Numbered from the stretch's first letter, positions 30,821 through 41,274 are shown. The stretch is 64,000 bases of DNA from an uncultured Chloroflexia bacterium (GCA_963763775.1 CAVXPZ010000003.1:256001-320000); one strand, 5' to 3'. Notes: generated by a model not told the origin, from the letters alone. Numbers and translations are program-made.

Positions 30821-32361
30821 CCGGGCCGACCCGTCGCCGACGGTCGAAACGGCGATACGTCCTGCCGCTCCTCATCGCCCTCGTCGCGCTCTCGGCCGAT
30901 CTTCGGCTGGTCGACCTCGACCGGAACCCGCCGGAGCTGTTCGAGGACGAGCTGTCGGGTGATGTGTCGGCCTGGTCGATCGCGACGACCGGGCACGACG
31001 TCGAGCGGACCGTCCTCCCGTTCATGGTCACGCGCCTCGAGCTCAAGCAGCCGATGTACTTCCTCGCGACCGTGCCGTTCCAGGCGGTCCTCGGCCACGG
31101 GACGCTCGCGCTGCGCTTGCCCGCCGTGATCTTCGGCGTCATCGCGACGCTCCTCATGGTCTGGCTGCTCGCGGTCTTCCGGGCCGGGATGCGGGTCGCG
31201 CTGGTCGGCGGGTTCCTGTTCGCGATCAGTCCGTGGGCGATCCACTACTCGCGAGCGGGCTGGGAGCCCGCCTCCTTCCTGCCGTTCGCGATGGGCGGGA
31301 TCGGGCTCCTGTGGCTCGGGTTACGCGATCATCGACCCCGGGTGACGGTGATCGCGGCGATCGTGCTCGCGTTCGGGTCATACACCTATCACCCGGCACT
31401 GCTGATGAACGTCGTCATGGCCGCGACCGTCGTCCTGATCCGCGTCCGGACGCTCCGGCGGTCGGACGTCGTGGCGCTCGCGGTCGGCGCGGCCATCGCC
31501 CTGGTCATCCTGATCCCGTACGGGCTCGCGGCCTTCGACCCGATCTTCACGGCGCGCACGCGAGGCCTCTCCGTGTTCCGGGACGGGGTCGACGTCGATG
31601 CGCTCCAGCTCGCCTGGGCCAATTTCTGGGCGCAGTGGTCGCCGGGGTTCCTGCTCGGCGGGGCCGCCCCCAACCCGAGGATCAACCCCGGCCCGCTGGT
31701 GTACGTGTGGACGGTCCCGTTCTTCCTTGCCGGCCTCGACAGGCTCCTGCACCGACGCCGCCCCGAGGACATCCTGTGGCTCGCCTGGCTCGCGCTCGGG
31801 GCGTTGCCTGCCGCCCTGGCCGACGACCAGACCACGCCGCACGCCGCACGCGGCCTGCTGGTCCTCCCGGCGCTCATCGCCATCACCGCCATCGGCCTTG
31901 GCCGCGGATACCGGTTCGTCCAGCGCCATGCCGGACGCCTTGGGTCACGAGCGACGCTGGCTGCCAGCGCCGCCGTCCTCGCCGTCGCGATCGCCGGGGT
32001 CGTGACCTTCTACAGCTACTACCTGAACGCGTACGTCGTGCGCTCGGCCAACTTCTGGGGGTACGGCTCGGCGGCGGCGATCCGGACGGCCGCGTCACTC
32101 GTGCCGGCAGGCGGACGCCTGTGCATCGCGAACCCGGACATCAGCGCGCTCACCTTCGCCCACCACATGGCGCTGTATCTGCCCTCGCCGGACTTCACGG
32201 TCGTCAAGGGCGTCGCCGACCCCTCGTGCGCGCAGCCGGGGACGTATCTGCTCGCGCTGGTCGACCGCGACCTCGGACCGGGCGTCGAGCGCAAGGCGGT
32301 GATCCCCGACATCGTCGGGCAGCCGAAGTTCGTCGTCGTGCAGGTGCCGCCGAAATCCTGA
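30817..32361 (+). CDS. ArnT/GT39 (PMT-like) glycosyltransferase
   Basis: PPELFEDE, ALRLPA, FAISPWAIHYSR. Confidence 0.8.
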   Translation: MTGPTRRRRSKRRYVLPLLIALVALSADLRLVDLDRNPPELFEDELSGDVSAWSIATTGHDVERTVLPFMVTRLELKQPMYFLATVPFQAVLGHGTLALRLPAVIFGVIATLLMVWLLAVFRAGMRVALVGGFLFAISPWAIHYSRAGWEPASFLPFAMGGIGLLWLGLRDHRPRVTVIAAIVLAFGSYTYHPALLMNVVMAATVVLIRVRTLRRSDVVALAVGAAIALVILIPYGLAAFDPIFTARTRGLSVFRDGVDVDALQLAWANFWAQWSPGFLLGGAAPNPRINPGPLVYVWTVPFFLAGLDRLLHRRRPEDILWLAWLALGALPAALADDQTTPHAARGLLVLPALIAITAIGLGRGYRFVQRHAGRLGSRATLAASAAVLAVAIAGVVTFYSYYLNAYVVRSANFWGYGSAAAIRTAASLVPAGGRLCIANPDISALTFAHHMALYLPSPDFTVVKGVADPSCAQPGTYLLALVDRDLGPGVERKAVIPDIVGQPKFVVVQVPPKS

Positions 32362-32403
32362 CGAGCCGAGGCGGCGCGGGCGCGGGAGAGCCCGCGCCGA
32401 GGT

Positions 32404-32850
32404 TCAGCCCTTGGGCTCGACGACGATCGTGACTTCGGGGGTCATCCCCGAGAAGACCTTGATCGCCACCTTGTACGTGCCGAGCGACTTGAGCGGCTCC
32501 TCGAGATCGATCTTGTGGCGGTCGACCTCGATCCCGCGCCGGGCGAGCGCATCGGCGATGTCCTTGGTCGTGATCGAGCCGTACAGCTTGCCGCCGTCGC
32601 CGACCTTCACGCCCATGGTCAGGGTCGTGCTGGCGATGCGCGTCGCCGCGATCTCAGCATCCTCGCGCTCGCGCTGCCGCTTGTCCTCACGGCTCGCGAC
32701 GTCGTGCTGCCACGCTCGATAGGCGCCGCCGGCCGCGGGCACCGCCAGCGACTGGGGGATCAGGAAGTTCGTGGCATAGCCGTCCGCCACCGACTTCATC
32801 TCCCCGCTCTTCCCGAGCTTGGGCACGTCCTTCGTCAGGATGACCTTCAC
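32404..32850 (-). CDS. rplI: 50S ribosomal protein L9
   Basis: MKVILTKDVPKLGKSGE..VADGYATNFLIP; GKLYGSIT. Confidence 0.97.
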   Translation of the reverse strand: MKVILTKDVPKLGKSGEMKSVADGYATNFLIPQSLAVPAAGGAYRAWQHDVASREDKRQREREDAEIAATRIASTTLTMGVKVGDGGKLYGSITTKDIADALARRGIEVDRHKIDLEEPLKSLGTYKVAIKVFSGMTPEVTIVVEPKG

Positions 32851-33377
32851 GCGCTGTGCTCCTCCATGTTGATCCAGGACCGCAGGCGCGGCCCGATCCC
32901 GAGTTGTCGGATGGTGTCCCCGGCCGTCCCGAGGAGGACGGGGACCCGGCGGATGGTCCGCCGGACCGGTCCCGGCGTCAAGCGCCGGATCTGGGCGATG
33001 TCACGTTCGTATTCCGAGCGAGGGATCCCGAGTTCGTCGAGCTTCTCCCGCAGGACGTCCTCCGGGACGCCGTCGAGGAACATCTCGACCGCGAGGATGA
33101 CGACGACCAGGTCGTCGAGGCCACCGATCACCGGGACCTGATCCGGGATCAGGTCGCGCCCGAGGACGAGGTAACCGGCCGCACCCGCGAGGAGCGCCTT
33201 GCGCGCCGCGGGCATCCGATCATCCATGACGAGCGCAGAGACGAGCCGCGCGTACATCGGCATGCGCGACGCGATGGGCAGGAACGCCATCAGCGACAGC
33301 GCCCGTCCGATCGAGGCGGCGCCCATCCCGGCGCCGCGGCGGCGCTTGCTGGTCGTCTTGGTGGTCGTGCGCGCCAT
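32847..33377 (-). CDS. YkvA/DUF1232 family protein
   Basis: YLVLGRDLIPDQVPVIGGLDDL. Confidence 0.85.
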   Translation of the reverse strand: MARTTTKTTSKRRRGAGMGAASIGRALSLMAFLPIASRMPMYARLVSALVMDDRMPAARKALLAGAAGYLVLGRDLIPDQVPVIGGLDDLVVVILAVEMFLDGVPEDVLREKLDELGIPRSEYERDIAQIRRLTPGPVRRTIRRVPVLLGTAGDTIRQLGIGPRLRSWINMEEHSA

Positions 33378-33457
33378 GCGCCCGGTCCTCCTCCCTTCGG
33401 GCCACGGAGTCTAGCAGCGTTGCCTCGCGATGCCAGCCGGGTGACCGGCGGCCGAAC

Positions 33458-33485
33458 TTGACATCGAACGTCCGTTCGGTATGAT
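33458..33485 (+). promoter_or_regulatory. lexA promoter with an SOS box between -35 and -10
   Basis: TTGACA (33458-63), CGAAC-GTCC-GTTCG (33465-78), TATGAT (33480-85); RBS aaggagg. Confidence 0.92.
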
Positions 33486-33503
33486 GCCGGCAAGGAGGCG
33501 CGA

Positions 33504-34154
33504 GTGACCAAGCACGACGCCGAACGAAAACTCAAGATCCTCGACTTCATCGCGGCGACCCTGCGCGCGCGCGGCTATCCGCCGTCCGTACGCGAGATCG
33601 CCCGGGCCGTCGGTCTCGCCTCCACCTCGGCGGTCCACCACCATCTCCAGATCCTCGAACGTGAGGGCTACCTGGAACGTGGCGCCGCCCAGTCTCGCGC
33701 GATCCGCCTGACGCCGACCGCGGCGCTGCGCCTCGGACTCACGAGCGAGCTCGTGCCGCAGTCCACCACCGCCGAGTCGCGCGTCCTTCCGATCATCGGG
33801 GAGATCGCGGCCGGCGGACCGATCGAGGCCTACCAGGACGCGTCGGAGACGCTCGCCGTCCCGGACATCCTCGCCCCCAGCGGCGACGCCTACGTCCTCA
33901 AGGTCCGCGGCGACTCGATGATCGAGGCCCACATCGCCGACGGCGACTTCGTCCTGATCCGGCCGCAGAGCACGGCACGCAACGGCGATATCGTCGTCGC
34001 CCAGGTCGAGGAGAACGCCGTCACCCTGAAGCGGTTCTTCAAGGAGAAGGACAAGATCCGACTCCAGCCGGCCAACCCGGCGTACCCCGCGCAGATCTAT
34101 GACGATGTGCGCATCCAAGGCAAACTCATCGGCGTCATCCGCCGCCTGGACTAG
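33504..34154 (+). CDS. lexA: SOS repressor LexA
   Basis: GYPPSVREI, IAAG cleavage site, VRGDSM, TLKRF. Confidence 0.97.
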   Translation: MTKHDAERKLKILDFIAATLRARGYPPSVREIARAVGLASTSAVHHHLQILEREGYLERGAAQSRAIRLTPTAALRLGLTSELVPQSTTAESRVLPIIGEIAAGGPIEAYQDASETLAVPDILAPSGDAYVLKVRGDSMIEAHIADGDFVLIRPQSTARNGDIVVAQVEENAVTLKRFFKEKDKIRLQPANPAYPAQIYDDVRIQGKLIGVIRRLD

Positions 34155-34222
34155 CCCTCCTCAGGCATCGTCTCCACCTGCCGCTCGGTGCACGCTTCGG
34201 TCCGGGCGACCCTTCGCAGACT

Positions 34223-34285
34223 CGTGGACTGTCCACAACGGGTTCTCCACAGCTCGCCCACACAAGCCGAAAGCCGTGGAACATC
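34223..34285. promoter_or_regulatory. Cluster of DnaA-box-like 9-mers upstream of dnaB
   Basis: ctgtccaca at 34229-37 and ttctccaca at 34243-51, plus weaker ..ccac[ag] copies on both strands. Confidence 0.55.
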
Positions 34286-34377
34286 CCGTCGGCTCGACTC
34301 GCCTTCGTTGACCGCCAGAGCTGTTCCCGACCGGACAATGACGCCCCCACTTCTGTCGTCGGAGTCCTGACCGCCTC

Positions 34378-35727
34378 ATGATCGATCGCCTGCCGCCCCA
34401 GAGTCTCGAGGCCGAGCAATCGGTGCTCGGCGCCATCCTCATCGACCGTGACGCGGTCATCGAGGTCGCGGAGTTCCTTCGCGCCGAGGACTTCTACCGG
34501 CAGGCCAACGGCCGCATCTACGCCGCCATGCTCGACCTGTTCGAGAAGCGCGAGCCCATCGACATCGTCACGGTGGCCGAGGTGCTCGAGCGCAAGGAAG
34601 AGCTCGAGGCGATCGGCGGACGTGCCTACCTTTCGAGCCTCTCCAACGAGACCCCCACGGCCGTCCATGCCTCGCAGTACGCGCGGATCGTCGAGCGCAA
34701 GGCGGTCCTGCGGAACCTGATCGGCGCGGCTGGTCGCATCGCCAGCATCGCCTACGAGGATCCGGCCGAGATCGGCGAGGCCGTCGACCGGGCGGAGGCC
34801 GAGCTCTTCGCCGTCAGCCAGAAGCGGATCGATGTCGGGTTCAGCGCGCTCAAGGCCCTCCTCCACGACGCCTACGACCGCCTCGATTACCTCCACGCCC
34901 ACCGCGGCGAGATCAGCGGCGTCCGCACCGGGTTCCAGGACCTCGACGCCCTCACCACCGGCCTCCAGAAGAGCGACCTCGTGATCGTGGCGGCCCGCCC
35001 GTCGGTCGGCAAGACGAGCTTTGCGCTCAACATCGCCGAGCACGCCGCGGTCAAGGAGCGCAAGAGCGTCGGGGTCTTCAGCCTCGAGATGAGCAAGGAG
35101 CAGCTCGTGCTCCGCTTGCTCTCGAGCGTGGCCAACATCGACTCGCAGCGGCTGCGCACCGGCTTCCTCGAGGAGCTCGACTTCGCCCGGATCGCCCCGG
35201 CGATGAACGCCCTCTCGGAGGCGCCGATGTACATCGACGACACCCCGAACATCTCGGCGATGGAGCTCCGGACCAAGGCCCGCCGACTCCAGGCGGAGGC
35301 CGGCCTGGACCTCGTCATCGTCGACTACCTCCAGTTGATGCAGGCGACCACGACCTCGCGCGACGCCAATCGGGTCCAGGAGGTGTCGGAGATCTCGCGC
35401 GGGCTCAAGGCCCTCGCCCGCGAGCTGAACGTGCCGGTCATCGCGCTCTCCCAGCTGTCCCGCCAGCCGGAGATGCGCGAGTCCAAGGAACCTCGGCTCT
35501 CGGACCTTCGCGAGTCAGGCGCCATCGAGCAGGACGCGGACCTCGTGATGTTCCTGTGGCGCGACAAGGACCGGGCCGGCGACGACTCGGAGTCCGAGGG
35601 CGAGGTCATCAAGCTCAAGCTCGCGAAGCACCGCAACGGCCCGACCGGCGAAGTGGACCTGTGGTTCAAGAAGCGCCAGACGCGCTTCGTCAGCTATGCG
35701 GGCGAGCGGTACGCCGAGGCCGGCTGA
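34378..35727 (+). CDS. dnaB: Replicative DNA helicase
   Basis: PPQSLEAEQSVLG, AARPSVGKT, FSLEM, VDYLQL, LSQLSR, DLRESGAIEQDAD, KHRNGPTG; no intein. Confidence 0.98.
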   Translation: MIDRLPPQSLEAEQSVLGAILIDRDAVIEVAEFLRAEDFYRQANGRIYAAMLDLFEKREPIDIVTVAEVLERKEELEAIGGRAYLSSLSNETPTAVHASQYARIVERKAVLRNLIGAAGRIASIAYEDPAEIGEAVDRAEAELFAVSQKRIDVGFSALKALLHDAYDRLDYLHAHRGEISGVRTGFQDLDALTTGLQKSDLVIVAARPSVGKTSFALNIAEHAAVKERKSVGVFSLEMSKEQLVLRLLSSVANIDSQRLRTGFLEELDFARIAPAMNALSEAPMYIDDTPNISAMELRTKARRLQAEAGLDLVIVDYLQLMQATTTSRDANRVQEVSEISRGLKALARELNVPVIALSQLSRQPEMRESKEPRLSDLRESGAIEQDADLVMFLWRDKDRAGDDSESEGEVIKLKLAKHRNGPTGEVDLWFKKRQTRFVSYAGERYAEAG

Positions 35728-35754
35728 TCCTCGGCGGGATAGCCGAACTGGCCG

Positions 35755-35958
35755 CTACCCCTCGTACTCGAAGCCGATCTTGACCTCGACGCGGTACTCG
35801 ACGATCTCGCCGTCGGCGACGACCGCGCTCGACTTGACCACCTCGACCGTCTGGATGTTGCGGACCGTCTTCGACGCCGTCGCGACGGCCTGACGGGCCG
35901 CGTCGCTCCACGACTTCGGGCTCGTGCCGACCATCTCCCGGATGATGATCACGCCCAC
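35755..35958 (-). CDS. Dodecin family protein
   Basis: EMVGTSPKSWSDAARQAV..ASKTVRNI...EYRVEVKIGF. Confidence 0.9.
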   Translation of the reverse strand: MGVIIIREMVGTSPKSWSDAARQAVATASKTVRNIQTVEVVKSSAVVADGEIVEYRVEVKIGFEYEG

Positions 35959-36079
35959 GGTCGGCCCTCCTCATGGTGTTCGCCGCCGTCGAGGCGTGCG
36001 CCGGCCGACATCATGACACGGGGCCGACCCGTCGCCGGATCGGCCCTCGTCGTCGCACGGCGATCCGTGGATCGGGCGG

Positions 36080-36388
36080 TCAGACGCTCGCTGGCGTCGC
36101 CGACAGCGTCCCGGCGCGGACCTTGTCGAAGCAGGAGCTGCAGTAGACCGGCCGGTCGTTCCTCGGCGCGAACGGGACGACGGCCTGCCCCCCGCAGGCG
36201 CCGCAGACCGCCGCGTGGAATTCCCGTGGGCCCTCGTTCGATCGGGCCCGCTTGGCCGCGGCCCGGCACGATGGGCATCGCTGCGGGTCGTTCGTCAGCC
36301 CCTTGCTGGCGTAGAAGGCCTGTTCGCCCGCCGAGAACGTGAATTCGTCGGCACAGTCGCGACAGGTCAGCGCTCGGTCCTGGTACAC
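36080..36388 (-). CDS. Zinc-ribbon protein (zf-trcl + CxxC-x17-CxxC)
   Basis: YQDRALTCRDC..FTFSAGEQAFY..KG..NDPQRCPSCR...CGACG..VPF.P...PVYCSSCF; RBS ggagagg. Confidence 0.92.
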   Translation of the reverse strand: MYQDRALTCRDCADEFTFSAGEQAFYASKGLTNDPQRCPSCRAAAKRARSNEGPREFHAAVCGACGGQAVVPFAPRNDRPVYCSSCFDKVRAGTLSATPASV

Positions 36389-36612
36389 CCTCTCCAGCCC
36401 TCCATGGCTCGGGACACCGTGAACCTGGGAGCCCCCGCCCGAGGGATCGTCGGGACCGGCGCAGGGCGCACTGGAACGGGATGCGCGCTCGGTCGGCCCG
36501 GGCTCGGGGGGCCCGGAACTCATAGCCGAGAAGATACGCGCGACGTCAAGCCCTTCCGGACGTTCGGAACCGCGCTGCGGAACCGTTCCGGGCCCGCTAC
36601 CGTCGGGGCGCC

Positions 36613-37525
36613 ATGTCAAAGCTGCATCGCCTCGCCCTGCTCCCGGTCGTCCTCGTCGCCGTCACGGCCTGCACCGGTGGCGGCGCCGGCGCCTCGTCCG
36701 CGCCGCCGTCATCGACGCCGACCGGCGGTCCCTCGACGTCGCCCGAAGCCAGCGGTGCTTCGTTCGGCAAGATCGAGCACGCCACCGGAGCGACGGACGT
36801 CCTGCTGCGTTTCGAGAACGGCGGCGGGTTCGTGCCCCCGTCCTTCCTGGCCACCCAGGCGCCGATCTACACCCTCTACGGCGACGGCACCGTCGTCTTC
36901 CGCAACCCCGCCATCGAGCTTCCCCAGCCGGTCGGCGAGGTCTACCCCCAGAACCCGATGCGCACCGCGAAGCTCTCCGAGGACCAGATCCAACAGGTCC
37001 TCGCCGAGGCCCTCGGCCAGGGTGGGCTCGGCATCGGCGCGGGCCACCTACGAGAACGCCCAGATCTCGGACGCGCCGACCGCGGTGTTCACGGTCGATG
37101 CGGGCGGCATCAAGAAGGCCGTCTCGATCTACGCGCTCGGGATGGACGTCCAGGGCGGGGCCGACGCGCCGGCGCGAGCGGCGTTCCAGCGTCTCGCGGA
37201 CCATCTCGGGAACTTCGACAACGGGGGCACGATCGCTACCGACGTCTATCAACCCGCGGGCTATCGCGCGATCCTGATGGACGGCACCGCGACCCCGGGG
37301 CAGGTCGACTGGCCGTGGACCGACCTCACGCCGAAGGACTTCGCGTTCCCCGCGGACCCGAACATGTTCCAGCAGGCGACCCACGTGCTGACCCAGGCGC
37401 AAGTCGATGCGCTCGGGCTCAAGGACGTCCAGGGCGGGTTCCAGGGGCTCACGATCGCGACGCCCGATGGCGGCAAGGTCTATTCGATGTCGCTGCGACC
37501 CCTGCTGCCCGAGGAGACGTCCTAG
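36613..37525 (+). CDS. Hypothetical lipoprotein (apparent frameshift near 37040)
   Basis: Lipobox VTAC, GGGFVP..P..TLYGDG; continues in the second frame to LRPLLPEETS. Confidence 0.75.
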
Positions 37526-37630
37526 CCATCGGCGACCCGAGGCGGCGGCATCCTGACGAGTGCCGCCGATGCCTCGGTCGCGCCTCGGACTGGGTCGCAG
37601 CTAAGGGGCGGGTAAGCCGCCTCCGGCACC

Positions 37631-40600
37631 ATGCGACGCATGGCACTGCCGGATCCGCCCGTTGACACTCGCCGCGAGCGATCCGTATCGTTCGCGCCTC
37701 TCGACGCGCCCGAGCGAATCCATCGTCCAGGCGACCGTCCGTCGATCCCGGTCGGTCCGGGTCGGCCCACGATCGCCGCCGCACAAGCCAGCGGAGCCCA
37801 CCGCGACGACGTGAGCGGCTATCCGATCCAGTACGCGAAGGTCCAGCCTCCGCCATTGCGGGAGGAGACCCTCGCACGCCATCGACTGCTCGACTGGCTT
37901 GCCGCGAAGATCCACCACCGCGTCATCCTGGTACTCGCCGATGCCGGGTACGGCAAGACCACGTTGCTGGCGGACTTCTCGGGACGGACGCGTCTCCGAA
38001 CGCTCTGGTATCGCCTCGACGAGGACGACCGCGACTGGATCTCGCTGCTGAACCACCTCGTCGCGGCCGGTCGCGAGGCGGACCCATCGTTCGCCCCGAC
38101 CACCGCGGCGATGCTGGCCGACACCAGCCTGACCGGTCCGACGATGGATGCGGTCATCGAGGTGTTCATCCGCGAGCTCCAGGGCATCGCGCCCCATGGG
38201 GCGGTGTTGATCTTCGACGATTTCCACCTGGTCGACGACGCGCCGGACGTGCAGCGGATCGCGCGCGAGCTCGTGACGCGGGCGCCGGAGCGGCTGTCGA
38301 TCGTCTTCGCGAGCCGGCGTGCGCCGGGCATCCCGATGGCGCGACTCCGCTCGATCGGCGAGGTCGGGGAGCTGACCACGGACGACCTGCGCTTCGACGC
38401 TGACGAGACCGATCGCCTCTTCCGCGAGTCATACGGCCGAACGCTCGATCCCGATGTCCTCGCCGATGTGACGGCTCGGACCGAGGGCTGGGCCGCGTCG
38501 CTCCAGCTGGTTCACGCGGCCCTTCGCGACCGTACGCCCGGCCAGATCCGCCAGTTCGTGCACAGCCTCACGGGTGCCGACCGCGAGCTCTACGACTACC
38601 TCGCCGAGGAAGTCATCGGCGACCTGCCACCTGACCTCCAGACCTTCCTGATGCGCACCTCGATCCTTCAAGTGGTCACGCCCACCTTTGCTGAAATTGT
38701 CACTGGGGCAGAGGCAGGCTCATGCAGTCGTCTCACCAACTCCGCCGAAAGGCTCACGTTGCTTAGCCGACGGTCCCGTGGACCAAGGAGCGAACTCCGG
38801 TATCACCCCCTTGTTCAGCAGTTCCTCATGTCTCGACTCACGCGAGAGCTTGGGACGGACGGCGTACGCGACCTTCATCGGCTAATGGCGGAATACGCCG
38901 GCAGCCGCGACTGGCGCCTAGCGGCGCACCACCTGTGGTCGGCAGGCGATCAAGTAGATGCTTGGGCGGTCATCGACTTGGCGGCCACCGGAATAGTTGG
39001 TCGAGGGGAATATCTGGTAGCGGCACCGTACCTGGAGGCGGCCACCGAGCGAGTCGAACGCGCCAGCTTCGAAGTAGTGCTGTCGCGTCGAGACTTCAGT
39101 GAGGGCAACATCCGCGGGGCGGTAGCTCATGCCGAACAAGCGGTGCTGCTTGAGCCACGCTCCGACCTGGCGCTTGCCAACTTAGCGTCCCAACACGTAA
39201 ATGCCGGCAACATCGAAGAAGGTGTCGTGTGGGCACGGCGCCTACTTAGCCAGCCGGGGGATCTCGGCATCCAGGGCATTGCTGCGGGAATAATCACAAT
39301 TCATCAGACGTCACTCGACGGCGACGTCACCGCTGCGATCACCGAGTTCTCGAACCTGGCGACGCAACAACACGCGGCGGGTTACATCCACTTCGAGGGC
39401 ATCAGTCAGCTCAACCTTGCTGACGCCTACAGAGCGAGTGGTGATCTCGTGGCATCTCGACGAGCCGCACAGCAGGCTGTCGAGCTCCTTCAGTCAAGTT
39501 CCGCCGGCTCGGAAGTGCAAGTTGCCCAGGCATACGTCGCCTGGGCCGATGCTCACCTCGCTGAGCTCGGAAACGCCCGAGCATCGATCGAGACAGCGTT
39601 GGCAACGGCGAACGACGCAAGTCGCGCGGACGTGCTCTTTGAAGCGAGCGACCTCGAAGCCGCATACGGCAGTCAGAACGCTGCCGCGGACCACCTTGCC
39701 CATCTGCGCGCAACGGGTGCCGGGGCGGTTGCCGGACAGGTCGCGTCCCTTGAAGTGCTCGTTGCGCTGAGGCTGGACAACCAGGAAGAGGCCCTGCGGA
39801 GGTCTGAGTCGCTGGGGAGGGGTGTCCCAAGCAGTCTGATCGCACACCAGGCTCGCGACATGGTTGTTCGTGCGCACGCCATGGCGTCCGCGATGGCAGA
39901 CGGCGCGAGCGATGCGATCGCCCGGGCACACTTTCATGCTGAGTCGCAGACGGCGGGGCTGTGGGCTGAGTACGCAGCTGCCCTTCGAGCCGTTACGGCC
40001 GAGCGCGACGGACTCAATGCCTACGTCAGATCACGTGGCCGGGTCGGCTTGTGGCCGCTGTCGCGTGTCGCAGAGCTGTTGACCAACCGCCTGAACGATC
40101 TCGGGGGAGACGAGGCCGATTCTGTTCGAGCCGAGGTGGTTCTCCGTCCCGACCGGTGGCGGTCGGCGCTCCGCCTCTCGGTCGACCGGCGAATGGGCGA
40201 CGGGTTGAACGCAGCGAGGCTGCTTGACTTGGTAGGTGAACACGAGGACGTCGTACGACTTCGAAATGTCGCTCACAAGCATCGGGGCCGACCAGACGCG
40301 GAGCTCGGCCGAGGATTGGCCCGGCGCCTAGCTCCGATGGTCTTTGTCGAGGACCTCGGCCGCGTCTCCCTGCGCATTGGCGAACGCGCGATAGAGGGTT
40401 CCTCAGTTCGACGCAAAGTGCTGGCGTTGCTCTGCTTCCTGGTCACCCGACCAAGGTTCTCGGCAACGCGTGACGAAGTGATGGACGCACTCTGGCCCGA
40501 CTTCGATCCTGGTGACGCACAGAACTCGTTAAACCAGACGGTGTACTTCCTAAGGCGCGTGTTTGAACCGGACTACAAGGACGATCTGTCGCCTGGATAC

Positions 40601-41074
40601 GTCCACCACGAGTCCGATGTGATCTGGCTGGACGAGGCCCTGGTTTCCTCACGAAGCTCGAGCTGTGTAGCGCTCATTCGATCGATGACGTCCGAACCAA
40701 CGCCTGTCGAGGTCGAGCAGCTGTCGGTTGACTACATCGCGCCATTCGCTCTCGACTTCGCCTACGAGGAATGGGCTGGTGACTACCGCTCGTCGCTGCA
40801 CTCGAGTTACCTGCAGGTCATCGAAAAGGCAGTCACGGTCGATACCGCGAGTGGGCACTTCGATCGAGGGATCAACCTAGCGAGGAGAGCCTTGGACCTG
40901 TCGCCAGATGCGGACCAGGTCGAGTTGTCCCTGCTGCGAATGCTCCAACTGAATGGGTCTCATGCAGCGGCTGCCGAGCAGTACAGCCACTACGCCGCGG
41001 CGCAGCGCGACACCTATGGAATCGAGCCGCCGGCCCTCGAATTCCTTGTGAGGATAGGTAAGGTGCCGTATTGA
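37631..41074 (+). CDS. MalT-like STAND regulator: AAA ATPase, TPR-like helical sensor, C-terminal winged helix + BTAD
   Basis: AKVQPPPLR, ADAGYGKTT, LIFDDFH, TEGWAASL, LYDYLAEEV; C-terminal 'LALLCFLV...VMDALWPD...NSLNQTVYFLRR' and a BTAD-like tail. Confidence 0.88.
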   Translation: MRRMALPDPPVDTRRERSVSFAPLDAPERIHRPGDRPSIPVGPGRPTIAAAQASGAHRDDVSGYPIQYAKVQPPPLREETLARHRLLDWLAAKIHHRVILVLADAGYGKTTLLADFSGRTRLRTLWYRLDEDDRDWISLLNHLVAAGREADPSFAPTTAAMLADTSLTGPTMDAVIEVFIRELQGIAPHGAVLIFDDFHLVDDAPDVQRIARELVTRAPERLSIVFASRRAPGIPMARLRSIGEVGELTTDDLRFDADETDRLFRESYGRTLDPDVLADVTARTEGWAASLQLVHAALRDRTPGQIRQFVHSLTGADRELYDYLAEEVIGDLPPDLQTFLMRTSILQVVTPTFAEIVTGAEAGSCSRLTNSAERLTLLSRRSRGPRSELRYHPLVQQFLMSRLTRELGTDGVRDLHRLMAEYAGSRDWRLAAHHLWSAGDQVDAWAVIDLAATGIVGRGEYLVAAPYLEAATERVERASFEVVLSRRDFSEGNIRGAVAHAEQAVLLEPRSDLALANLASQHVNAGNIEEGVVWARRLLSQPGDLGIQGIAAGIITIHQTSLDGDVTAAITEFSNLATQQHAAGYIHFEGISQLNLADAYRASGDLVASRRAAQQAVELLQSSSAGSEVQVAQAYVAWADAHLAELGNARASIETALATANDASRADVLFEASDLEAAYGSQNAAADHLAHLRATGAGAVAGQVASLEVLVALRLDNQEEALRRSESLGRGVPSSLIAHQARDMVVRAHAMASAMADGASDAIARAHFHAESQTAGLWAEYAAALRAVTAERDGLNAYVRSRGRVGLWPLSRVAELLTNRLNDLGGDEADSVRAEVVLRPDRWRSALRLSVDRRMGDGLNAARLLDLVGEHEDVVRLRNVAHKHRGRPDAELGRGLARRLAPMVFVEDLGRVSLRIGERAIEGSSVRRKVLALLCFLVTRPRFSATRDEVMDALWPDFDPGDAQNSLNQTVYFLRRVFEPDYKDDLSPGYVHHESDVIWLDEALVSSRSSSCVALIRSMTSEPTPVEVEQLSVDYIAPFALDFAYEEWAGDYRSSLHSSYLQVIEKAVTVDTASGHFDRGINLARRALDLSPDADQVELSLLRMLQLNGSHAAAAEQYSHYAAAQRDTYGIEPPALEFLVRIGKVPY

Positions 41075-41207
41075 CCGGTTGGGTCCGGCATCCATATAGT
41101 CCGGCCACTTCGTAGTACTCCGGTACTAGGAAGCCGTGTCAAGACGCTCGGACGCGCAGAAGCACCACCTGAAATGGGCACTTGGGGTGGGGCAGAGCGA
41201 GTAGTGC

Positions 41208-41253
41208 AACCGACCGACTCACAGCCGGTCGGTTTTCGTGTTCCAAACACGAA
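41208..41253 (+). promoter_or_regulatory. Two adjacent hairpins just upstream of the peptide RBS
   Basis: aaccgaccg (41208-16)/cggtcggtt (41226-34) and ttcgtgtt (41235-42)/aacacgaa (41246-53). Confidence 0.55.
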
Positions 41254-41274
41254 GGCCGCAAAGGAGGAACGAGC

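Noticed and set aside
34155-34377. oriC
   Set aside because: Few good DnaA boxes, no AT-rich unwinding element and no dnaA/dnaN nearby
41113-41128. LexA box of the cyanobacterial GTAC-N4-GTAC type
   Set aside because: This organism's box is GAAC-N4-GTTC, as seen at lexA; kept only as an unassigned palindrome
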